From Candidatus Calditenuis fumarioli (GTDB lineage: Archaea > Thermoproteota > Nitrososphaeria_A > Caldarchaeales > Calditenuaceae): a DNA stretch of 64,000 nucleotides. The stretch covers positions 160,001-224,000 of the forward strand of contig JANVYR010000001.1 of NCBI GenBank assembly GCA_030059665.1. The letters run 5' to 3'. The notes under the pieces were generated by a model, which did no database searches, was not told the origin of the DNA, and worked only from the letters and a program-made list of their open reading frames with translations. Shown one piece after another: positions 1 through 8,505 of this stretch (within the stretch, counting starts at the first letter, position 1; every line of letters begins with the position of its first letter). Position numbers and translations under genes: made by a program.

Positions 1-48
1 AGACGGGAGCACCGAGATCATATACAGCTGACTCTGTCGTTGAGGTGG

Positions 49-903
49 ATGCCGGACGCGAAGGTGCCCATCAAGGAGCTCGAGATCGATCCCGGACCGG
101 TGGTCGAGTACCTCACCAGGAGGCTCCGGCAGTACGTCGCCGAATTCGCGGGTAAGAAAGGCGGCGTTTTGGGGCTGAGCGGCGGCATCGACTCGACGGT
201 CACCGCGTACATAGCCGTCAGGGCCCTGGGCCCCGAGAACGTGACGTGCATGATCATGCCCTCAGCGGTCACGCCGAAGGAGGACCTGGAGGACGCCTTC
301 GAGGTCGTCGACAGGCTCGGCATCCCGGAGCGGAACGTCAAGCTCATCGACGTCGAGCCGATCGTCGGTTCCATCGTCACGGCACTCGGCGTAAGGGACC
401 GCGTCGTGAAGGGGAACGTAACCGCGCGTGTCAGGATGGTCCTCCTCCACGCTGAGGCCGCCGTCAGGAACGCCCTCGTGATAGGCACCAGCGACAAGTC
501 GGAGCTCACCATCGGCTACTTCACGAAGTACGGCGACGCTGGGGTCGACGTGATGCCGCTCGCTGACCTGTACAAGACGCAGGTGAGGCAGCTCGCGAGG
601 TACCTGGGCGTTCCGGAGCGGGTGATCGCGAAGCCCCCTTCGCCCAGGCTCTGGGAGGACCAGACGGCAGAGGGCGAGCTCGGCATCAGCTACGACCTCC
701 TCGACAGCATCCTCTACCTCAGGTTCGACAGGTGGATGGACGTCGATAGGGTGGCAGAGCAGCTCGGCATAGATAGGGAGACGGTCATGAGGGTTGAGCG
801 GATGGTGAGGTCCTCGCAGCACAAGAGGACGCTTCCGGAGGTCTTCAGGGTAAGCATGAGGGCCCACGGATCAGACTGGAGGTATCCGAGGGAGTGGAGG
901 TGA
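49..903 (+). CDS. nadE: NH3-dependent NAD+ synthetase
   Basis: LGLSGGIDS ATP-pyrophosphatase motif, GNVTARVRM, GYFTKYGD and KPPSPRLW. ATG at 49 follows a GAGGTGG SD-like element. Confidence 0.95.
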   Translation: MPDAKVPIKELEIDPGPVVEYLTRRLRQYVAEFAGKKGGVLGLSGGIDSTVTAYIAVRALGPENVTCMIMPSAVTPKEDLEDAFEVVDRLGIPERNVKLIDVEPIVGSIVTALGVRDRVVKGNVTARVRMVLLHAEAAVRNALVIGTSDKSELTIGYFTKYGDAGVDVMPLADLYKTQVRQLARYLGVPERVIAKPPSPRLWEDQTAEGELGISYDLLDSILYLRFDRWMDVDRVAEQLGIDRETVMRVERMVRSSQHKRTLPEVFRVSMRAHGSDWRYPREWR

Positions 904-906
904 GCA

Positions 907-2130
907 TCAGTAGATCGGCCCCACAACCCTCAGTTTCCTTGCCCTCCTCCTGACCAGGACCACCGAAAGGACCGCGATGGCCGCTGCTGCCGAGGCCAGT
1001 CCAGCGATGAGGAGGTGGAACTGCAGCGACGAGAGCGGAGCACCACCAATCTCGATGTAGACGGGAAGCACGACCCTCATCGGCTCACCGGACAGCGCCT
1101 GCGGTGTCAACCGGATCGTCTGGGTCAACCCCTTGTACTCCACCCGGAGGAAGTGCTCGACCGGGATCACGTTCTCGAGGACGGCGCGGCCTCCGGCATC
1201 GGTGAAGGCCGTTCCCACCTCGTTGCCCTCCCTCAGCAGCGAGACCCTCGCTCCCTGAAGGCCCTGTCCGCTCTCGCCGAGGACCAGCACGGTCAGCGTC
1301 CTTAGGTCTGCGGTGACGGTGAACGTGTAGCTCGTCGACGACGCGGTCAACGACCCTCGGTACAGCACGTACCCCATGTAGGTGACCTCCAGGTCGTACC
1401 TCACGGGCTCGCCCTTGTACTCCAGCGGGGCCCTCATGAGAACCGCCTTGCCGTCCTCCGCGGTGGTCAGGAGCTGGTTGGCGATCCTGACCTGGGCGCC
1501 TCCGATTCCCCTTCCTTGTTTGTCGATGACGGTCACCGTCAGGTCCCCTACGGGCAGCTTAACCACGCCCCTGCTCCTCAGCGACCACGCAGGCTCGGTC
1601 AGGTTCAGGCTCGCGCGCCTGACGTAGAGGGGGCTTTCCCACTCGACGTAGAGCGAGTACGCGATTGGCTCGAGCGCCCTCCGGATCACTATGGAGCTGC
1701 CGGTGACGGTGAGCTCGCTGTAGGCGTCCCTCGGCTCAGCGACGGCGTAGAGGCGACCCGAGAGCTCCCTGCCGCTCAGGTCCACGGCCCTCAGGACCAC
1801 GTCCACGAACGGTATCCCGATCTCGACCGCCACGTTCTCCCGGTTCACGGCCACAACCCGGGTCGCCACGAGGTAACCCCTGTAGTAGATCCGGACGGCG
1901 TAGGTGCCGCTGGTGACGCCGGACAGCGAGATCGTGGTCCTGCCCTCGAAGGTCCAGGTTCCGCCGGGCCCCTCGATCACCACCCTGATGTCGTACGGGT
2001 CGGGCGAGTTCGGCACCGTCACCTCGAGCTTGGGCCCCTCAGCGACGGCGATACGTGCAGTGTGCGCGGTGACTAAGAGCAACAACATCAGGAGCAGCGC
2101 GAGCGGCCCGATATCGACCCGTTCGGTCAA
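907..2130 (-). CDS. Membrane-anchored surface protein with repeated beta-sandwich (carboxypeptidase regulatory-like) domains
   Basis: N-terminal hydrophobic signal, about three repeats of V-x-V-x-D-x2-G-x2-(L/I)-x-GA-x-V, and a C-terminal TM helix followed by a basic tail (VRRRARK). Confidence 0.7.
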   Translation of the reverse strand: MTERVDIGPLALLLMLLLLVTAHTARIAVAEGPKLEVTVPNSPDPYDIRVVIEGPGGTWTFEGRTTISLSGVTSGTYAVRIYYRGYLVATRVVAVNRENVAVEIGIPFVDVVLRAVDLSGRELSGRLYAVAEPRDAYSELTVTGSSIVIRRALEPIAYSLYVEWESPLYVRRASLNLTEPAWSLRSRGVVKLPVGDLTVTVIDKQGRGIGGAQVRIANQLLTTAEDGKAVLMRAPLEYKGEPVRYDLEVTYMGYVLYRGSLTASSTSYTFTVTADLRTLTVLVLGESGQGLQGARVSLLREGNEVGTAFTDAGGRAVLENVIPVEHFLRVEYKGLTQTIRLTPQALSGEPMRVVLPVYIEIGGAPLSSLQFHLLIAGLASAAAAIAVLSVVLVRRRARKLRVVGPIY

Positions 2131-2141
2131 GGCCCTTCACC

Positions 2142-2954
2142 TCACAGGGTCATCCCTCTTCTCCCAGCGGCCCCGAGGAGCAGAAGCGCGGCCAGCAGCA
2201 GGAGGACCGTCAGCGACCCGGGAGGGAGGCCCACGAGGTAGGAGAGGGTGATGGCGGAGAAGGTCGAGAGTTCGGCGACGGCGACGGACGTGAGGATCGA
2301 CTTCCTCAGGGACGTGCAGACCGATGACGCGGCGACGACCGGGAGCACCAGAAGCGAGGTCACCATCAGGACGCCCATCAACTTCATCGACTCGATCACC
2401 GCGACCGCGACCACCACGGCGAATAGCGTCTCGAGCACTCCAGTCCTGACGCCCTTCAGGCGCGCCAGCTCCTCGTTCAGCGTGAAGAGTATCAGGTCGC
2501 CGAACCTCGTCACCACTATCCCGATGACGGCCGCGGTCACGACGAGCATGGCCATCAGGTCCTCGGGGCCCACGAGGAGGACGGAGCCGAAGAGCGCCGC
2601 CTGCAGGTTGACGCGGGAGCCGAGGCTTATCGAGGCCGAAGCGAGGGCCGCACCGGCCGTGAGGAAGACCGTGAGGGCCACGTCACCGCTCACGCCCATC
2701 CCCCTGATCAGCCTCAGCATGAGGACCGTCGCGAGGGCCGTTACGGGAACCGAGAGGGCGTCGGTGAACGCGAGGCCGATGAGGGACGCGAAGGCGGCAG
2801 CTCCGAAGGCGATGTGGGCCGACGTGTCGCCGAGCAGCGACAGCCTCTTCGGGACCACGAAGCTCCCGACGGTGGGCAGGAGCGCCCCGACCAGAAGCGC
2901 TGCCAGGTAGGCCCTCTGCATGAACGGGAGCGTGAAGACCTCGGGTGGCACCAT
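2142..2954 (-). CDS. Metal (Zn/Mn)-type ABC transporter permease, ZnuB-like, orphan
   Basis: FMQRAYLAALLVG, SLLGDTSAHIAFG, LFGSVLLV and MKLMGVLMVTSLLVLP motifs. Start taken at ATG 2954 because the longer ORF runs antisense through tRNA-His. Confidence 0.88.
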   Translation of the reverse strand: MVPPEVFTLPFMQRAYLAALLVGALLPTVGSFVVPKRLSLLGDTSAHIAFGAAAFASLIGLAFTDALSVPVTALATVLMLRLIRGMGVSGDVALTVFLTAGAALASASISLGSRVNLQAALFGSVLLVGPEDLMAMLVVTAAVIGIVVTRFGDLILFTLNEELARLKGVRTGVLETLFAVVVAVAVIESMKLMGVLMVTSLLVLPVVAASSVCTSLRKSILTSVAVAELSTFSAITLSYLVGLPPGSLTVLLLLAALLLLGAAGRRGMTL

Positions 2955-2977
2955 CCGGACCTGATCCCGTGCAGACG

Positions 2978-2985
2978 TTAAAAAG
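2978..2985 (+). promoter_or_regulatory. TATA box of tRNA-His
   Basis: TTAAAAAG about 30 nt upstream of the tRNA 5' end in an otherwise GC-rich context. Confidence 0.6.
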
Positions 2986-3010
2986 TTGGAAGGTGGCTTG
3001 AGCGGCGGGC

Positions 3011-3103
3011 GGCCGCGGTGGTGTAGCGGTAGCACCCCGGGCTGTGGACCACAGCGGAACGGCGGACACCCGGTGGTCGTGGGTTCGATTCCCACCCGCG
3101 GCC
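3011..3103 (+). tRNA. tRNA-His(GUG) with encoded G-1 and a 20-nt intron at 37/38 (3048-3067)
   Basis: Acceptor stem GCCGCGG/CCGCGGC, anticodon stem CCGGG/CCCGG with CT-GTG-G|A, T arm GTGGG-TTCGATT-CCCAC, and C73. Confidence 0.95.
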
Positions 3104-3158
3104 TGTTCAAGGTTGGGTCCTTGAGGGATCTCGGACCGGGCGAACGGAAAATATTGAG

Positions 3159-3233
3159 TGCCCCGGCCGGGATTTGAACCCGGGTCCCCGGCTCGAAAGG
3201 CCGGTATACTTGACCTGGCTATACGACCGGGGC
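3159..3233 (-). tRNA. tRNA-Glu(UUC), no intron
   Basis: Reverse complement folds as GCCCCGG...CCGGC-CTTTCGA-GCCGG...CCGGG-TTCAAAT-CCCGG-CCGGGGC-A. Confidence 0.96.
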
Positions 3234-3367
3234 CTCGGAACCCAGCGGTCGACCCGACATTTACCGTTGACGCCATCTACGTCCACGACAGCAGCTCAGG
3301 CCCCGCGATGCAGCCATCCGTGGAACCCAGCATAAATGATATCTATTGGACGCATCCTTTTCGCAAC

Positions 3368-5731
3368 GTGGCCGTTACCAAACTCTTCGGTGCAAGGGTA
3401 AAGAGGAAGGAGGACCCGAGGCTGATCACCGGGAAGGGCAGGTACACGGCGAACCTCAATTTCCCGGGGACGCTCTACGTCCACTTCGTCAGGAGCAGGG
3501 TCGCCCACGCGAGGATCAGATCGGTCGACGTCTCGAGGGCGCTGAAGGTGGATGGCGTGGTTGCGGTCCTCACAGGAGAGGACCTGATGGACGGACTGGG
3601 CATGATACCGACCGCGTGGCAGATACCTGGATCGGACCTGAGGACCACGCCCTACAGGCCCGTAGCGGTGGACAAGGTAAGGTACGTGGGTGACCCGTAC
3701 GCCGTGGTGGTGGCGAGGTCTCCCTACGCGGCGGCCGATGCGGCTGAGCTCGTCCGGGCCGACCTCGAGCCCCTGCCCGCGGTGGTGGATCCGGAGAAGG
3801 CCGTCCAGCCAGGTGCGCCCCAGCTCTACGACGAGGTGCCGAACAACACCGCCTTCGTCTGGAGGGCCTCCGGCGGAGACGTGGACGAGGCCTTCGCGAG
3901 GGCCGAGGTCGTGGTGAAGCAGAGGATGGTGAACACCAGGCTCCAGCCGACCGCCATGGAGACGAGGGCGGCCGTGGCGACCTACGACAGGTTCTCCGAC
4001 AGGTTCACGCTATACGTCACGAGCCAGAACCCGCACGTCCACCGGCTCCTGCTGAGCCTGATCACGGGGATACCCGAGCACAAGCTGAGGGTGATCTCGG
4101 CCGACGTGGGAGGTGGTTTCGGGTCGAAGATCCACGTCTACGGCCCCGAGGCGGTGGTGCTTCACCTGGCCAGGAAGTTCGAGGTTCCGATCAAGTGGGT
4201 GGAGACCAGGGAGGAGAACTTCCTCTCGACGATCCACGGAAGGGACCACGTGCAGTACGTCGAGGCCGCTGCCCTGAGATCCGGCAAGGTCCTCGGCCTG
4301 AAGGTGAGGTCGTATGCCAACATGGGAGCCTACCTCTCCACCGCTGCTCCGGGGATACCGACCATACTCTTCGGTCCGATGCTGAGCGGGCCCTACGAGA
4401 TCGGTGCGGTCTCGGTGGAGGTGATAGGAGCGCTGACCAACACCGCTCCCGTCGACGCCTACAGGGGTGCGGGGAGGCCGGAGGCGACGTACGTCCTCGA
4501 GAGGGTGATGGACCTGGTGGCGAGGGAGATCGGGAAGGACCCGGCCGACGTGAGGGCTTTGAACTTCGTGCCCAAGGAGAAGTTCCCGTACCAGGCCAAG
4601 CCCATCGGGATCACCTACGACAGCGGCGACTACATCACGGCCTTCAGGAAGGCGCTTGAGCTGGCCGAGTACAGGAAGTGGAGGGAGGAGCAGGAGAAGG
4701 CCAGGAGGAAGGGGAGGCTGATCGGGATAGGGATCTCCAGCTACGTCGAGATCTGCGGCATGGGCCCGTCGGCCGCGGTGAGGGCCACCGGATTCGGTCT
4801 GGGCCTCTGGGACAGCGCCGTCGTCAGGGTCCACCCGTCGGGGAAGGTGACGGTCTACACTGGAGGGCACCCGCACGGCCAGGGAGAGGAGACCACATTC
4901 GCCCAGATAGTGGCGGACAAGCTGGGGGTTCCGATAGAGGACGTGGAGGTCGTCCACGGAGACACGGACGCCATCCCCTTCGGCATGGGGACCTACGGCA
5001 GCAGGACCACACCGGTCGCTGGAGGCGCGATAGCCCTAGCGTGCAACAGGGTCCTGGAGAAGGCCCGTAAGATAGCGGCCCACATGCTCGAGGTGAGGGA
5101 GGAGGACCTGGTCTTCGAGCGCGGAAGGTTCTACGTGAGGGAGGCACCCGAGAAGCAGAAGACGATCCAAGAGGTGGCTTATGCCGCGTACGGTGCGGGC
5201 GCCAACGAGCTGCCTCCTGGGCTCGAGCCGGGACTCGAGGCGACGGTCTTCTACGACCCGCCGAACTTCACGTTCCCCTTCGGGACCCACGTCGCGGTAG
5301 TAGAGGTGGACCCTGAGACCGGTGCGGTCAAGGTCCTGAGGTACGTCGCGGTCGACGACTGCGGGAACCAGATCAACCCGATGATCGTCGAGGGCCAGAT
5401 TCACGGAGGGATCGCCCAGGGGCTGGCGCAGGCGCTGTACGAGTGGGCCGTCTACGACGAGAACGGTAACTTGCTAACCTCCACCCTGAACGACTACCTG
5501 GTGCCGACCGCCTGCGAGGTCCCGGACATCGTCACCGACCACACGGTCACGCCGTCTCCGCACAACCCGCTCGGCGTGAAGGGGATAGGTGAGGCAGGGA
5601 CGATCGCGGCGACTCCCGCGTTGGTGAACGCCGTCCTGGACGCTCTCTCCCACTTGGGCGTGAAGCACATCGACATGCCTCTGTGGCCGGAGAGGGTCCT
5701 CAGGGCGATAAAAGGGGCTAAGTCAGGTTAG
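3368..5731 (+). CDS. Xanthine oxidase-family molybdopterin-binding large subunit, CoxL/CutA-like (form II, AYRGAGR)
   Basis: RKEDPRLITGKGRY, VGGGFGSK, AYRGAGRPE, GQGEETTFAQ, GTYGSR and KGIGEAG motifs. GTG start at 3368; the longer ORF overlaps tRNA-Glu. Confidence 0.9.
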   Translation: MAVTKLFGARVKRKEDPRLITGKGRYTANLNFPGTLYVHFVRSRVAHARIRSVDVSRALKVDGVVAVLTGEDLMDGLGMIPTAWQIPGSDLRTTPYRPVAVDKVRYVGDPYAVVVARSPYAAADAAELVRADLEPLPAVVDPEKAVQPGAPQLYDEVPNNTAFVWRASGGDVDEAFARAEVVVKQRMVNTRLQPTAMETRAAVATYDRFSDRFTLYVTSQNPHVHRLLLSLITGIPEHKLRVISADVGGGFGSKIHVYGPEAVVLHLARKFEVPIKWVETREENFLSTIHGRDHVQYVEAAALRSGKVLGLKVRSYANMGAYLSTAAPGIPTILFGPMLSGPYEIGAVSVEVIGALTNTAPVDAYRGAGRPEATYVLERVMDLVAREIGKDPADVRALNFVPKEKFPYQAKPIGITYDSGDYITAFRKALELAEYRKWREEQEKARRKGRLIGIGISSYVEICGMGPSAAVRATGFGLGLWDSAVVRVHPSGKVTVYTGGHPHGQGEETTFAQIVADKLGVPIEDVEVVHGDTDAIPFGMGTYGSRTTPVAGGAIALACNRVLEKARKIAAHMLEVREEDLVFERGRFYVREAPEKQKTIQEVAYAAYGAGANELPPGLEPGLEATVFYDPPNFTFPFGTHVAVVEVDPETGAVKVLRYVAVDDCGNQINPMIVEGQIHGGIAQGLAQALYEWAVYDENGNLLTSTLNDYLVPTACEVPDIVTDHTVTPSPHNPLGVKGIGEAGTIAATPALVNAVLDALSHLGVKHIDMPLWPERVLRAIKGAKSG

Positions 5732-5740
5732 AGGCAAGAC

Positions 5741-6781
5741 TCAGATCGCGATCGTCTCGAGCAACCTGTTCTTGGGCATGCCCAGCTCGATCCCGGCACA
5801 GATCCCTGCCAGCTTCCTGACCTCCTCCTCTATGAGCATCAGGGAGCCGACGGCGAGGACCAGGTGGGAAACGGAGGTCAGGTACAGCTTCCGGAACCTC
5901 TCGACGGCGCTCCTCCATCCCCTCTCCCTGAGCTCGCCCGCCATCTCACCGTAGCTGCTCCTGGCGCTGATCCTGGGAACGGACTTGCCCTCGATCAGCT
6001 GGAGGGCCCTCGAGACCTCGTCGACGTCCTTGGACTCCAGGAGGACCTCGAGCACCTGCCTCGGAACCGTGAACCTGATGCCCTCGATCGCCCTCCGGAG
6101 CTCGGCCTGCTCGAACCCCCACTCCTTCCCCCTCAGGACCGTCTCGACGGCGAGGGAGTTGAGGTGCCATTCGAAGGCCCACGCGAGCCATCTCCTGTCC
6201 CAGCCCCTCAGGCGCCCGATTGCCCGCGTGAAGCCCGCAGCCGCCTCCCGGTCGAACTCCAGGTCTATTGCCGCCGGATCGCCGGTCCTCTCGTAGAGCG
6301 CGAGGGCCCTGGTGACGGGCCCCTCGAACCGCGTCCCCCTGACGGACCCGAGGAGCTCCTGGAAGTCCCTCGAGGCGAGGGCCCTGGCGAAGACGTCCCG
6401 CTCCTCGACGAGCTCCGCCGCGGTCGTGTCCACCTCCCTCATCAGGTCCTCCTGGGGGAGACGGGAGGCCATTCCGCGAACCAGCGCCTTCATGGCCCTG
6501 AACAGGTGACGCTCGTAGAGCGCCCAGAGGACCGGGCTCCAGCCAGTGAGCCGGAGTAGCCTCACGTGGTAGCGGTAGAGGTGGGACCAGAGGGCCCTCT
6601 CGACGACCCTCGCGTTGGGCCTCTGAGGCAGGGAGGTCAGGGCCTCGAAGTAGTGGGTGGCCCGCAAGGCCGCGACGAAGTCCTCAACGCTCTTCGATGA
6701 AGCCAGCTCCTCCAGGTCCCTCCTTCCGAGGAGCCTCCCCTTCACCGAGAACGCGAGGGCGTAAACGTATCCAGAGTCCAT
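5741..6781 (-). CDS. atpC: A/V-type ATP synthase subunit C
   Basis: N-terminal GY-x-YA...KGRLL...LEEL...SVEDFVAAL-x2-THY pattern typical of the AhaC/V0D family; 346 aa, helical. Confidence 0.8.
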   Translation of the reverse strand: MDSGYVYALAFSVKGRLLGRRDLEELASSKSVEDFVAALRATHYFEALTSLPQRPNARVVERALWSHLYRYHVRLLRLTGWSPVLWALYERHLFRAMKALVRGMASRLPQEDLMREVDTTAAELVEERDVFARALASRDFQELLGSVRGTRFEGPVTRALALYERTGDPAAIDLEFDREAAAGFTRAIGRLRGWDRRWLAWAFEWHLNSLAVETVLRGKEWGFEQAELRRAIEGIRFTVPRQVLEVLLESKDVDEVSRALQLIEGKSVPRISARSSYGEMAGELRERGWRSAVERFRKLYLTSVSHLVLAVGSLMLIEEEVRKLAGICAGIELGMPKNRLLETIAI

Positions 6782-6786
6782 GACGA

Positions 6787-7095
6787 TCAGCCCAGGATGG
6801 CCCTGACCAGTTCCTCTGCGATCTGTCCTGACCTCCGCTCGAAGGCCTCGGTGAGCGCCTTGATCCTGGTCCTCGACTCGGACCTCAGCCTCTCCGCATG
6901 GGAATTGACCTCCTGCTCCATCTCACGCATCATCCTGGCCCTCTCCGACTCAATCAGCCTGGATATTCCCTCCCTCAGCTCCGCGACCCTTTTCCTGACG
7001 TGCTCCTCGAGGTCCCTGATCTCCGTCTCGATCTCGCTCCCCAACTCGTCGAGGGCCCTGTCGACGTCCCTGACAGCCTCGAGGGTCTCCCTCAT
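6787..7095 (-). CDS. A/V-type ATP synthase peripheral-stalk subunit H (G-like)
   Basis: About 100-aa charged coiled coil ending in a ..IAEELVRAILG motif, directly upstream of atpC. Confidence 0.65.
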   Translation of the reverse strand: MRETLEAVRDVDRALDELGSEIETEIRDLEEHVRKRVAELREGISRLIESERARMMREMEQEVNSHAERLRSESRTRIKALTEAFERRSGQIAEELVRAILG

Positions 7096-7186
7096 GCCGG
7101 CCGTCCAGCTAACCGGCACCTGATAACCCCTTCAGGACATGGGACTGCCCGTCGTCGGTCTGGGGCCTTCGGCGCAACGCGGTGCC

Positions 7187-7595
7187 TCAGGAGGTCCAGT
7201 CGGTCACGAGCCTCCTGCAGAGCCCGAAGGCCTCCTCTGCCCGGCGAAGGGCCTCCAGAGCGTCCTCCCTTCTGAAGAGCGCGGAGGGTGGTTTGAGCGC
7301 TGTCTCGTCGCCGTACATCGCGAGGCCCCTCAGCGTCGCAAGCCTCCTGACGGTCTCCTGGATTGAGAGTCGCTCAAGACCCGATCCGACGGGCCATCGT
7401 GATGCCGGAGAGGTCCTCCACCACCAGCAGTACGTCCACGTCGGACTCGAGGTTGAACCTGCCAGTCGCCAGCGAGCCGAAGATCGCCGCCGAGACGAGC
7501 CTCTCTCCGAAAAGGTCCCGAACCAGCTTGACGAACCTGACCGCCAGCGCGAAGGCCAGCGCGCCGATCCCCTCCTCGCCAGCCCCGGAACCCAT
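7187..7595 (-). pseudogene. Collapsed MNT-HEPN toxin-antitoxin pair: MNT 5' part joined out of frame to HEPN 3' part
   Basis: One frame gives FGSLATGRFNLESDVDVLLVVEDL (MNT GSx10DxD) and stops at 7374. A second frame from about 7390 gives VGSGLERL...LATLRGLAMYGDE...REDALEAL, a HEPN C-terminal half. Confidence 0.75.
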
Positions 7596-7620
7596 CCAGT
7601 CCACAGTGGAACCCACAAGG

Positions 7621-7629
7621 GTATTAATC
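7621..7629. promoter_or_regulatory. Candidate bidirectional TATA box (GTATTAATC)
   Basis: Palindromic ATTAAT core lies about 26 nt from the nfo ATG (7651) and about 28 nt from the MNT ATG (7595). Confidence 0.5.
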
Positions 7630-7650
7630 ACGTCGAGATCGTCCGGTCGG

Positions 7651-8499
7651 ATGCTACTGCTCGGTGCCCACGTCTCCATCTCGGGATCGATCGCGAAGTC
7701 CGTGGACCGCGCAAAGGAGCTCGGCTGCACGACCTTCCAGATCTTCACCAGGAACCCCAGGGGATGGAGGGCGCAGAAGCTGAAGCAGGAGGAGGTGGAG
7801 GAGTTCAAGCGGAGGAGGAGGGAGGAGGGTTACCGCGTGGTCGTCGCCCACATGCCCTACCTCCCCAACATAGCCTCTCCGAAGCAGGACGGCTGGAGGA
7901 AGTCCGTGAACGTCTTGATCGACGAGCTGAGGAGGTGCGACGCGCTGGAGATCGACTACCTCGTCTGCCACCTGGGAAGCCACCTGGGTAAGGGCGTCCA
8001 GGCGGGGATCGAGAGGGTCGCGAGGGCGGTGAACGAGGCCCTCTCCAAGGTCGAGACGGGGTGCGTCCTGCTGCTGGAGAACATGGCCGGGCAGAAGGGG
8101 AGCGTGGGCTCGAGGTTCGAGGAGATCGGCGAGATCTTCTCGCGGATCGAGCAGCCGGACAGGGTCGGCGTCTGCCTGGACACGTGCCACCTCTATGCCG
8201 CCGGGTACGACGTCAGGAGCGAGGCGGGGCTCGAGGAGACGCTGAGGGCCTTCGAGGAGAAGGTCGGCCTCAGGAGGCTTAAGGTCCTTCACCTCAACGA
8301 CTCGAAGGGAGGCCTCGGGAGCGGGCTGGACAGGCACGAGCACATCGGTCACGGCCACATCGGAAAGGAGGGTTTCAGGAGGATCGTCAACCACAAAGTG
8401 CTCCGGGGGCTGCCGATGATCATAGAGACGCCCGAGGACGAGAAGGGCGACTACTCGTACGACCTGGGTGTGCTGAGGTCCCTCTACCGTCCGGAGTGA
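7651..8499 (+). CDS. nfo: Endonuclease IV (AP endonuclease)
   Basis: GAHVSISG, QIFTRNPR, HMPYLPN, HLGSH, LENMAG, CLDTCH, HLNDSK, DRHEHIG and ETP. Confidence 0.96.
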   Translation: MLLLGAHVSISGSIAKSVDRAKELGCTTFQIFTRNPRGWRAQKLKQEEVEEFKRRRREEGYRVVVAHMPYLPNIASPKQDGWRKSVNVLIDELRRCDALEIDYLVCHLGSHLGKGVQAGIERVARAVNEALSKVETGCVLLLENMAGQKGSVGSRFEEIGEIFSRIEQPDRVGVCLDTCHLYAAGYDVRSEAGLEETLRAFEEKVGLRRLKVLHLNDSKGGLGSGLDRHEHIGHGHIGKEGFRRIVNHKVLRGLPMIIETPEDEKGDYSYDLGVLRSLYRPE

Positions 8500-8505
8500 G
8501 CGGGG

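Noticed and set aside
3368-5731. Calling the gene a true aerobic CO dehydrogenase
   Set aside because: It lacks the form I AYRCSFR Cys motif and has no accessory cox genes.
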